Source: Promethearchaeota archaeon (GTDB lineage: Archaea; Asgardarchaeota; Lokiarchaeia; Sigyniarchaeales; SOKP01). Taken from it: a stretch of 64,000 nt of DNA. The position numbers and the translations under genes are program-made. Where the stretch lies: the NCBI GenBank assembly GCA_019057795.1, contig JAHLWS010000077.1, forward strand, positions 96,001-160,000, read 5' to 3'. Numbering within the stretch: the stretch's first letter is position 1; every line of letters begins with the position of its first letter. Positions 39,336-51,236 of this stretch are shown one piece after another. Under the pieces are notes generated by a model that was not told the origin of the DNA, searched no databases, and saw only the letters and a program-made list of their open reading frames with translations.

Positions 39336-40328
39336 ATGAATTCGGCCAACAATTCTCCTGGTTCAGACGAATATGAATACGCAAAATCTTTAATATTCAA
39401 AAAACAAAAGGTTAAATTATACGAGATAAAACACTTTCTTTTTGATTTTGGAGGAGTATTAGTAGAAAAGACATTTGTGTTAAATAATTTATTTGCTTTT
39501 ATTGAGCATGATCTAAATATCAAAATTCCACCAAAAGAAATTGATCCATATCTCAAAAAATTAAGACGAAGGTTATCGTCTGGAAGGATTTCTGCTAGAA
39601 CATTTTTAGAATCGATATTTGAGACATATTACATCCCTTTCCAAAAAAAGAATGAAGCGTTACCGCCAAAAAAAGTTAATGTCGAGTATTACTTGGAGCT
39701 TTGGTTTAATCTTTATTCTCAAGTTACCCACATATCGTCTGATATGGCAGAAATTGTCGAGCGTCTACATTTAGCGGGGTATACTGTAAGTCTTTTGTCA
39801 AATACTTATGACATTCATGCGAAATCAAATGAATTAAAGGGATTTTACGATAATTTTGATAACGTGTTTTTATCGAACGAAATTGGATTAATTAAACCCG
39901 ATATGGATAAATACATATATGTATTAAAAAAATTAGGTTCCAAACCAAAAAGATGTATTTTTATTGACGATAAAATAAGTAATCTTATTCCTGCACATGA
40001 ATTAGGAATAATCGTTATAAAATTCGAATCTTTCGAAAAGTTTAAACAGCAATTAAACGATATAGGCATAAAAGATCGGAAAGAAATCAAGAAAAAGTAT
40101 GAATTGTATAAAAAAAAGAAAAAGGAATATAACAAAATAAAAAGGGAATACAAGAAGGCTAAAAAAAAGTATCTAAAAAAGAGATATAGAAAGAAAAAAT
40201 CGTTAAAGAGAAGGCTTGAATTCCAAAAAAAGCGAGCAGAATACCAAAAGAAAAAGATTGAGTATCAAAATGAAAGGGATAAGAAAAAGGAAGAATTGAT
40301 ATCTAAAATTAAATTAAATTTTTTATAG
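39336..40328 (+). CDS. HAD-family phosphatase (YihX-like) with a long Lys-rich C-terminal tail
   Basis: FDFGGVL, LLSNT, KP and FIDD; about 85-aa polybasic tail. Confidence 0.88.
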   Translation: MNSANNSPGSDEYEYAKSLIFKKQKVKLYEIKHFLFDFGGVLVEKTFVLNNLFAFIEHDLNIKIPPKEIDPYLKKLRRRLSSGRISARTFLESIFETYYIPFQKKNEALPPKKVNVEYYLELWFNLYSQVTHISSDMAEIVERLHLAGYTVSLLSNTYDIHAKSNELKGFYDNFDNVFLSNEIGLIKPDMDKYIYVLKKLGSKPKRCIFIDDKISNLIPAHELGIIVIKFESFEKFKQQLNDIGIKDRKEIKKKYELYKKKKKEYNKIKREYKKAKKKYLKKRYRKKKSLKRRLEFQKKRAEYQKKKIEYQNERDKKKEELISKIKLNFL

Positions 40329-40339
40329 GTTATTAACTA

Positions 40340-41476
40340 TTATTTATTTTCTTCTGTTTCGTTATCGAGTTCTTTATTATAAGCTTCTACCTTTTCCATA
40401 ACGGATTCCGCGGGTGTTGCTGTGGGAATTGACATTTTTTCGTAAATTTCAATAAATTTTACATCCCCTATATCTTCGCTCATATGGGTCTGAAGGTCCA
40501 TAGCAAGACCAAATTTTAAGTAAGTGAGATTTTGGAACAGAAACATTTTAGGGACTGTAATTTCTAGAGTTTTGTCCTCGGCATGATTTATAATAAATTC
40601 AGCAGCGCTCTCTTTAGGAATCCCCTTTGAAATCAGGAAATATTCAATTTTTTCGTTAAAGTTTTCGATTTTATCGACAATCTCTAGGTTATAGTCGATT
40701 GATTGACCTGCCAAAGGATGGTTGTAGTCGATAATAACTTTTCCTTGCATAATGTTAGAAACTACACCTCTTTGACCTTTTTTATTGGTAAAATCTTGAC
40801 CATATTCGGGGTTCTTGCCTTCATTTAATTTTCTAAATTTAGCGATGCCAATTCTTTCAATTTTTTGAGGGTCTCTTTTACCAAATGCTTTAGTAGGGGG
40901 TATTCTTACTGATTTTTTTTCAAAGTAATTCATTTCTTTAATTGTGTCAGTTAATCCCTCGTTTACAAACCCTGGCTTTCCAACAATAATGAATTCTGGA
41001 GTGTAATAACCTTGTTTACCCTTTTCTTCTTCGTAAATCCCTGCTTTTCTTGCGTCCTCCTCGGTAGAAACTCTAAAAACTTTACCTTTTTGGGTTCTTG
41101 CTGTCATTTTTAAGAGTACAAAATCACCTTCTTCAACTTTTTTTCCTTGGAATTTCTTTTTCTTTTCTTCTAATTTCTTAGCTTCTTCTTGAATTCTTTT
41201 TTCTTCCTCTGCATCTGCATCTGCTTCCACTTCTGCGGAAATTTTATCGTTTTCTACTGTACTACCATCTGAGGTAGCCTTATTTGAGTCACCTAACATA
41301 TCTTTTGCGTTACTTACGAATTTCTCAGCAGTAGCCTTTCCAATACCTTTAAGTTTTGTTAACTCATCTACGTTCGCATTTGCTAATTTCTCAACTGTAT
41401 CGATCCCAGCTTCTATTAGAACTTCTTGTTTTTTGCCAACACCTTTCACATCTTCTAAATTCATTCCTAAAACCAT
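40340..41476 (-). CDS. Long-type FKBP (SlyD-like) PPIase with an N-terminal helix-hairpin-helix domain
   Basis: VKGVGK...LKGIGKATAEK (HhH); IPPTKAFGKRD and DYNHPLAG (SlyD/FKBP). Confidence 0.9.
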   Translation of the reverse strand: MVLGMNLEDVKGVGKKQEVLIEAGIDTVEKLANANVDELTKLKGIGKATAEKFVSNAKDMLGDSNKATSDGSTVENDKISAEVEADADAEEEKRIQEEAKKLEEKKKKFQGKKVEEGDFVLLKMTARTQKGKVFRVSTEEDARKAGIYEEEKGKQGYYTPEFIIVGKPGFVNEGLTDTIKEMNYFEKKSVRIPPTKAFGKRDPQKIERIGIAKFRKLNEGKNPEYGQDFTNKKGQRGVVSNIMQGKVIIDYNHPLAGQSIDYNLEIVDKIENFNEKIEYFLISKGIPKESAAEFIINHAEDKTLEITVPKMFLFQNLTYLKFGLAMDLQTHMSEDIGDVKFIEIYEKMSIPTATPAESVMEKVEAYNKELDNETEENK

Positions 41477-41546
41477 TAAATATTATTAGTTAAGTTATAA
41501 ACAGTTAGATTTTAAAATTTTTCATTACTTATTACTTTTTCTAAAT

Positions 41547-42659
41547 TTAAGATACTGGCTCATACAAGATTCCTAATTCGTCAGCATAATTCTTAACATC
41601 ATGCATTTCTTCTATTGAAGGTCTTCTGTTTATTTCTTTATATTTATGAGCTAAATATTCGGGGTGATATTGACCCATCAAATTTACAACACATTTCGGA
41701 ATCTCTTTTGCTACATAATCTAATATTGGCTTAGAACAACATTCCACGTGATTAGGCATAATTAAGTGCCGGATTATTATTTCTCCACTACCTTCATCAT
41801 GAATTCTTTTATGATTTCTGGCAATGACATCGAAGTAATTATCAATACCAGAGTATTTCTTTCCACATTTATTATTTCCATACTTCCAGTCTGGGAGCCA
41901 GAAATCAATTAGATCTATAATTAATGATAAGGACTTGTTAGTAAGATAAAAGTTTGAATTCCAGAGTTGCGTAATATTTGATGTTTGATGGTGAAAACTA
42001 CCTACAATAGTATGGAGGTTTGGGATAGGATCACCTCCTACATAATTGATATTTATAGCACCTTTCCCAACTAATTTGTCTGCAAGAGCGGCTAATTGAA
42101 AAACATCAACTTTTTGAGCTATATCTTCAATATTTCTTCGACCTTTCCAAGCTTGAGAAATGTCGTAATTTTGACAAAAGACGCAACCAAAATTACAACC
42201 TTGGAAAAAGATAGTACCGCTTGGTATCAGCGGAGCTTCTTCGCCCATATGTAAAAAAGCAGAGGAAACAAACGAATTTTTCGATATCAGACAAAATCCT
42301 TTTTCACCATCTATACGGTTAACCTTACATTGCCTTTCGCAAAAAATGCAGCTCTCAAGATATTTATTTGCTAATTCTTCAGCTAGAGTAATATAACTTT
42401 TAGAGGCTATGCTACGATTTTTAAGAGCTTCAGTTGGATTTCTTAACAACTTATTAAATTCTACAGATTTTTTCTTTAACAAATTCTCTAAAAGTTCTAT
42501 AGTATCTTTTGTATCGTATTCACATTTTATACTTTTTGCGATATTATACCTTGCAACTTCCTTATTGTCAATGATCCCTCGATACCTAGGAAATCTTTTG
42601 AGCAGTTCTTCGTTTTTCCACACCGAAATTGAGTCTGGTCGAGAAATTCTAAAAACCAT
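41547..42659 (-). CDS. Radical SAM protein, PflX family
   Basis: HMGEE.PL.PSGTIFF.GCNFGCVFCQN, GGDP and IIRHL.MP. Confidence 0.9.
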   Translation of the reverse strand: MVFRISRPDSISVWKNEELLKRFPRYRGIIDNKEVARYNIAKSIKCEYDTKDTIELLENLLKKKSVEFNKLLRNPTEALKNRSIASKSYITLAEELANKYLESCIFCERQCKVNRIDGEKGFCLISKNSFVSSAFLHMGEEAPLIPSGTIFFQGCNFGCVFCQNYDISQAWKGRRNIEDIAQKVDVFQLAALADKLVGKGAININYVGGDPIPNLHTIVGSFHHQTSNITQLWNSNFYLTNKSLSLIIDLIDFWLPDWKYGNNKCGKKYSGIDNYFDVIARNHKRIHDEGSGEIIIRHLIMPNHVECCSKPILDYVAKEIPKCVVNLMGQYHPEYLAHKYKEINRRPSIEEMHDVKNYADELGILYEPVS

Positions 42660-42752
42660 AATTAATATATTAGAAACATTTTTTAATATGATTTTCGCTA
42701 AATTTATTTTTAAATGTAAGAATGAGAAATGGACGAGAATAGAGTTAAAGAA

Positions 42753-43481
42753 TTATGTTTCAAATGACAACCATTTGATGATGTTTGAAAGAAATTTAAT
42801 ATTATCACCAGCATCTAATCCAAAATCATCTTCAATAAGCCAATCTGATGAACCTATAGTTACACATCTCCCGCTAAAAAACTCGGATACAACACAAATA
42901 GGCACCAGCCCAACTGCTTCTATATCGTCGTCAATTGCATATTTAAATTCTGCTTTTTCGGAAGTAACGATTAAATCCTCAACATCCTCTTCCGTTAGTG
43001 TAAAGAAAGTACAGTTTGGTAGGACTACTTCAGTAATTCCTTCAGTTATCGGATGGTTAAATAAGAGGTTTATTAGTACATTTTGTTTGTTGACTAAAAA
43101 ATGTGAGTGTGATTCTTGAATTACGCCGTTCCAAAATCGTCGCACTCCCGTCATTTTATACAACACCCGAATAGAACCTAGCTTCATAGGAATGTCATTA
43201 TCGCCCCCACTTCCACTAGTTAAAAAAAGGCTCCCGCCACCCCCAACATACCGCTTAATTGCTAGTAGTTCGTCCTTAGTAAATTTATCTGCCTTTCCGT
43301 CTTTAGTATGCTGAATATTTCCCATAAATAGAATGTCATAATCTTCAAGTGTATCAAAATCTATAGGTCCTTCATTCTTGTCAATATAATCGACTTCTAA
43401 TTCGTCTTCGCTTAAAGAAAAATCGGGAAATTCCTCTATCTTTTCTTTGTGAGATAAATCAACTATTATACTATATGGCAT
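42753..43481 (-). CDS. GIFT/DUF4350-type GATase-like fold protein (IFT52 N-domain-like)
   Basis: DLSHKE, FTKDELLAIKRYV..GG.LFL, HPIT.G and GRCVTIGSSD...DN..FL.N...WL. Confidence 0.7.
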   Translation of the reverse strand: MPYSIIVDLSHKEKIEEFPDFSLSEDELEVDYIDKNEGPIDFDTLEDYDILFMGNIQHTKDGKADKFTKDELLAIKRYVGGGGSLFLTSGSGGDNDIPMKLGSIRVLYKMTGVRRFWNGVIQESHSHFLVNKQNVLINLLFNHPITEGITEVVLPNCTFFTLTEEDVEDLIVTSEKAEFKYAIDDDIEAVGLVPICVVSEFFSGRCVTIGSSDWLIEDDFGLDAGDNIKFLSNIIKWLSFET

Positions 43482-43721
43482 CTTAATGCTACTCCACGAT
43501 CTAATTTGCTTTAATTTTTGATAAAGTGTATTTGTTTATCCTAAGTTGTTTAAAGTGTTAATTCTTCTAACTAAAATAATATAATTTTTATTTTTAAAGA
43601 TATGTTATTATTTTTAAAGGTTTCTAAAAAAAAGAGGCTATTTAAACTTTATCCTTGAGTCATGTTTAAATATTTAGAGGTGAAAAGATAAGAGATAGAA
43701 AAGATAATACAGGTTTATTGC

Positions 43722-44417
43722 TTATTTTTTTATGGAAATGAAGTCTCTTTCTGCTTCTCCTTCTTTTTTGATGATGGCAATATCAATTCCATTTCCGGAT
43801 GCCATATCTCTTATGATACTAGAGGAGATTGCTTTAATTAAAATTTGTTTTCCTTCTTTAATTGTTAAATTATCTTTATATTTAGCCTCGAGAACGCCGT
43901 ATGAAAAATTTTGACCGCTCCCTACTGCGCAAAACTTGTCGGGCAAAATTGACCCATAAGCACCAACATTCAAAAGAGTAGGCCCTTCTTCTTCGGTTAC
44001 TCCCCCAAGTATGAGTCCAACTTGAAAAGGATACATTTTATTTTGGTATAAAATGTTGGACAACAATTTCCCAGCGCTTTTAACTTTGATAGATTTTTCT
44101 CTTTTTAATTGATACAACGAAGTTTCAGCCCGTAAAACATCTATGAGATATTGTGCGTCTGCTACGCCTCCAGCAATAGTCATATACAAGTGTTCTTGAA
44201 TCATATGCAATTTCTCAGCAGTTTTACTAGCAACAAAATAACCCATTGACGTTCTTTTATCAGTTCCTAAGATTACTGCGTCTTTAACAACTAATCCGAC
44301 TGTAGTAGTCCCAGTTTTGAAAGCTTGAGTTTTAAATTTTTGAGAATTATTGGCAGTAATATCGGAATCTCTTGAAAAAACCGACTTAGAGGGTATAATT
44401 AAATCTTCTTTTCTCAT
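43722..44417 (-). CDS. psmB: Proteasome subunit beta
   Basis: Propeptide then KTG|TTTVG, DKR, AG.VADAQ, GSG and RD.ASG. Confidence 0.96.
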   Translation of the reverse strand: MRKEDLIIPSKSVFSRDSDITANNSQKFKTQAFKTGTTTVGLVVKDAVILGTDKRTSMGYFVASKTAEKLHMIQEHLYMTIAGGVADAQYLIDVLRAETSLYQLKREKSIKVKSAGKLLSNILYQNKMYPFQVGLILGGVTEEEGPTLLNVGAYGSILPDKFCAVGSGQNFSYGVLEAKYKDNLTIKEGKQILIKAISSSIIRDMASGNGIDIAIIKKEGEAERDFISIKK

Positions 44418-44522
44418 AATTTCTTTAAAGGTCTCTTGTTTTAATAATTTTTTTTAATTTTTTATAAGTCGTTATACTCTTAAACTGATATAAATATGAT
44501 TGGTTAAAATTTAGATCGTTTT

Positions 44523-44945
44523 TTATTCAATTTTTCTTGAGATTCGTGAAAGGGGGTGCCCTTTTGCCTTGAGTTCAAGCTCATTGAACCACCCAAAAGG
44601 AGGTCTGAGCACATTGAATCCATTCTCAACTAACTTTTTCTCAAGATTCTTTAATGCTTTCAAGCCAAATTCAGGATTACTTAATTCGCCAAACAGATGG
44701 GCGAAAGAAAGTACAATTATGTTCGACACTTTGAGTTGAGTGGCAATTTTTTCGATTTCTTTTATAGCTTTAGGAATGAACTCTGAACTATCCTCATCTC
44801 GTTTTTCTACGCTTATGTATAAAGCAATTACGTTTTCAAATCCACTTTCTCTATTTTCTTCTGTCAATTCTTCAAATATTTTTGAACGGCTTCTCTTTGT
44901 CGCCTTAAATCTGAAGTAATCGCAATGAAAAGAAAGAAATCTCAT
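44523..44945 (-). CDS. Stand-alone archaeal threonyl-tRNA synthetase editing domain
   Basis: MRFL..HCDYF, SVE..D, FAHL...L, RPPFGW and KGHPLS..SR. Confidence 0.9.
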   Translation of the reverse strand: MRFLSFHCDYFRFKATKRSRSKIFEELTEENRESGFENVIALYISVEKRDEDSSEFIPKAIKEIEKIATQLKVSNIIVLSFAHLFGELSNPEFGLKALKNLEKKLVENGFNVLRPPFGWFNELELKAKGHPLSRISRKIE

Positions 44946-44976
44946 AATTTTAATAATATTTTAATTTTTAATAACT

Positions 44977-46038
44977 TTAGGGATTGAATTTGGAAGTTAA
45001 AACATCCATTTGCCTTCCGCGATTGTTATTTAAAATTTTAATGGCTTTATCAGTATTGTTTTTATCGTGTATTATTCCTGAGATTGCTAAAGCAACTGCT
45101 CTCGGATCGTCATCGCCGGGATACAATAAATTTCTTCCAGCTAAACACCCTTTTACATTTTTCCCAGCAGTCAATCCCATTTCAAGGATTTTAAAAAGAT
45201 CTATGGGGTTACCAGTACTTTCACCACCTAGAATTAAAATAGGGTTGGTTGCACTTTTAGCAACAGATTCAAACTTATCAACATATGGCACTTTTAACCA
45301 AGTGTTTACCGAACACCCTCCTAATGCTGTTGCAATTCCAATAGTTTTAATCATTGCTTCTGCATTCTTGTTAATTGTATAATTACTGTTTTGATCGCGT
45401 GTCACCGGGAGCGCTTCTATAAACGAGGGTATTTTGGATTCGTTACATAGCCTAATCATTTTTGAACATAACGCCAAAGTCCTTTGGCTATATTTCGCCA
45501 TTTTCGTCTCGAAATCTAACCTAACCATCATTTTTGCGCCGTCCAATTTTAATTTCCTAATATCATCAATAGTATAAGCAGTCACAGGATCGTACATCTC
45601 GTAAGGCGAGCCTAAAAGACCTCCTCGATTTGTACTTCCTATAAGTATTTTGTTATCGAGGAAGCTCTTCCCTCCTAATTGTTTAAAAAGATAATTCAAT
45701 ATAAACAAATCGTCCATTATATCAGGAGTCGTCATGATACCATCTACTTGATCAAGCGTAAGAACGCGTAGGATTCTCCCTAAATATTCGTGACGATCAC
45801 CCATTGCCATATTATTTGAGTCAATCTTAGTAACGCCCCTTGCTGGATGATCAGCAGCAATCATGACGAGATTTTTGTTCCAAGGATACTTTCTTTTAAC
45901 GCGATTGTTATATTCCTCATCAAGAATTTCGTTTACTTTACTGAGTCTTACTTCAATTATCTTATAAAAAATATCTTCTGGAAAAAAAAGTTTGGTCTCA
46001 AATTTATACGAACCAATGTCATTAGCCATTTGTTTCAA
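44977..46038 (-). CDS. Cgl0159-type class I aldolase-like TIM barrel (family linked to inositol catabolism in bacteria)
   Basis: IAADHPARG, GS.NRGGL.G, W.K.P, LGG and GRNLLYP. Confidence 0.8.
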   Translation of the reverse strand: MKQMANDIGSYKFETKLFFPEDIFYKIIEVRLSKVNEILDEEYNNRVKRKYPWNKNLVMIAADHPARGVTKIDSNNMAMGDRHEYLGRILRVLTLDQVDGIMTTPDIMDDLFILNYLFKQLGGKSFLDNKILIGSTNRGGLLGSPYEMYDPVTAYTIDDIRKLKLDGAKMMVRLDFETKMAKYSQRTLALCSKMIRLCNESKIPSFIEALPVTRDQNSNYTINKNAEAMIKTIGIATALGGCSVNTWLKVPYVDKFESVAKSATNPILILGGESTGNPIDLFKILEMGLTAGKNVKGCLAGRNLLYPGDDDPRAVALAISGIIHDKNNTDKAIKILNNNRGRQMDVLTSKFNP

Positions 46039-46132
46039 ACCGATTCTTTTTAATTTAAAGAATGAATGAGATAATATGAATTATCTGTCTAATTTTTTTT
46101 AAAGTCAGAAATTAACATTCTTAAATAGGAAC

Positions 46133-46468
46133 TTATAAATGCTCAATAGAATCAATTTCCCAGAGAAATATTTTTAGATCAATTTTGTAGTTATCTCTAA
46201 TCACAACACCTTCTTTTTCTAACAAATGTTTTTGATACTCTCGATCATCAAAAGATTTCATGGATATTTTTCCTTGTGAATTTATGACTCGATGCCATGG
46301 TAAGTTGTATTTTTTTGTTGATGAGTGTAATAGCCATGAAACTTGTCTAGCAGCTTGCGGGTTACTTGCTAATTTAGCGATTCTTCCATAAGTGAGTACC
46401 TTCCCACTAGGTATATTCTTAATTATTTTAACAACATCTTGAGTGAAATCGCTTGGTATCAGAATCAC
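46133..46468 (-). CDS. Alkyltransferase-like protein (ATL/YbaZ; MGMT family)
   Basis: IPSGKVLTYG.IA and PWHRV (Trp replaces the catalytic Cys). Confidence 0.9.
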   Translation of the reverse strand: MILIPSDFTQDVVKIIKNIPSGKVLTYGRIAKLASNPQAARQVSWLLHSSTKKYNLPWHRVINSQGKISMKSFDDREYQKHLLEKEGVVIRDNYKIDLKIFLWEIDSIEHL

Positions 46469-46475
46469 CTTCTTT

Positions 46476-47939
46476 TCAATCAGATTCCCTTTTTTCTTGA
46501 ATGACCTTAATAAATTCTTCTCTTCCTGATCGTTTTAATCTTCTAAGATAGGTATTTAACATTTTTCTTGTGTGATAAGGTCCGCCTTCTTCTATTACGG
46601 TCCACATTGGATCTTTAGGTGATGGAGATATTTTCATCATCTGCTTATGCCACTCATCAAGAAATTGTAAACCAATTCCAACAATATCTGGTCTCTCCTC
46701 TGCAAGATTTTTAATCATGTGAAAGTCGTTTTCAAAATCGTAGAGCATAATCTCGGGATAGTCTCTTAACCCTGTATGATAAGTCCGAATCAAAGTCCAA
46801 CTTCCAAACCTTACTGCACGCTGACAAGTCCAAGCACTTTGGCTAATTACGAGATAATTTCTTCCAAATTCCTCTCCATTTTCAATTTCTTTATATATAC
46901 TCTTCCCATCCCAAAAATCGGGGACTTCTTTTCCAACCCCTTCAATTATAGTAGCAGCAATATCTGTAGCATAAATAAAAGAGTTATACTGTTTCTTCCA
47001 TTTTTTCTGTGGCCATTTTATTATCATCGGTACTCGATTAACAATGTGGCAAGCTGTTGCGTGATCTCCATACACATTTAGTTCACCTTGGCTTTCACCA
47101 TGATCCGAACTAATAATTATAAGGGTATCGTCATATATCCCTAAATTTTTAATTAATTTAACTATTTTACCTACAAAATCATCAGAATATCTTATTCCAA
47201 CATCGTAGGCATTAATCCATCTAGTAAAATCATCAAGGTTTTCTATTTCCCGTATATTTTGTATTCTTTTATAGAACTGAGTGAGTTTCAACTTGTCAAA
47301 GCCCCCAATATCGCGTGCTGAGCGAGGACCATAGCTATTTCGGTGTACCTTAATAATATCTTCTGTTATCCAAGAAGGAGGGGGATCACTTTCAAAGGAA
47401 GGTTCAAAAGATAAAGGGGTTCGGTAAGGCGTGTGAGGGTCCCATAGATTTAGATGTAAAAACCAGTTATCTTTCTTCCCGTTATCTTCCAGCCATTTCT
47501 TTGCATAAGGAAAGACATCATCAGCTATTTCATGACCTCTTTTACCAGGATTGTACATTTCATTCCAACCAGAACAAAACCAAAACGCTGAATGTCTTTC
47601 CGCATAAGGAGATATTGATACGGTGTAATATTTTGCGCTTCTCAATGTTCCAATCCAGTTATTCCTTAAATATTTATCATCGAATCCTCGCTCTTTTCCA
47701 GTTAATCTTATATCTGCCGCGGTACCACCGTGACCGACTATACCAGTATGAATCCCAAATCTTCCAGTAAAAAGTGAAGCTCTAGAAGGTAAACAAGGAG
47801 CATCCGAAGTATAACAATTTGTAAAAATAGATCCTTCTACTGCAATTTTATCAATATTAGGCGAAGTGTTTCGATGATAACCGTAACATCCTAGATGGTC
47901 TGGTCTTAGAGTGTCAATATCAAAATAAATTATTCTCAT
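46476..47939 (-). CDS. Sulfatase (Cys-type, formylglycine-dependent)
   Basis: DTLRPDHLG, CLPSRASLFTG, DPH.PY and SDHGE. Confidence 0.92.
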   Translation of the reverse strand: MRIIYFDIDTLRPDHLGCYGYHRNTSPNIDKIAVEGSIFTNCYTSDAPCLPSRASLFTGRFGIHTGIVGHGGTAADIRLTGKERGFDDKYLRNNWIGTLRSAKYYTVSISPYAERHSAFWFCSGWNEMYNPGKRGHEIADDVFPYAKKWLEDNGKKDNWFLHLNLWDPHTPYRTPLSFEPSFESDPPPSWITEDIIKVHRNSYGPRSARDIGGFDKLKLTQFYKRIQNIREIENLDDFTRWINAYDVGIRYSDDFVGKIVKLIKNLGIYDDTLIIISSDHGESQGELNVYGDHATACHIVNRVPMIIKWPQKKWKKQYNSFIYATDIAATIIEGVGKEVPDFWDGKSIYKEIENGEEFGRNYLVISQSAWTCQRAVRFGSWTLIRTYHTGLRDYPEIMLYDFENDFHMIKNLAEERPDIVGIGLQFLDEWHKQMMKISPSPKDPMWTVIEEGGPYHTRKMLNTYLRRLKRSGREEFIKVIQEKRESD

Positions 47940-48058
47940 AATTCATATTTTCTTTTCTTTATTAAATAATATTAATTATAAAATTGTATAAATAATTGTG
48001 AAATGTTACATTTCTATCTCATCCTCAAATAGAAATAATCGAAGATAATTTTAACTAG

Positions 48059-51187
<3,129 letters not shown>

Positions 51188-51236
51188 GTAGCCCGAAACA
51201 GACCTCCTAAATTATAGAAAGAGTATTAATTTATTT

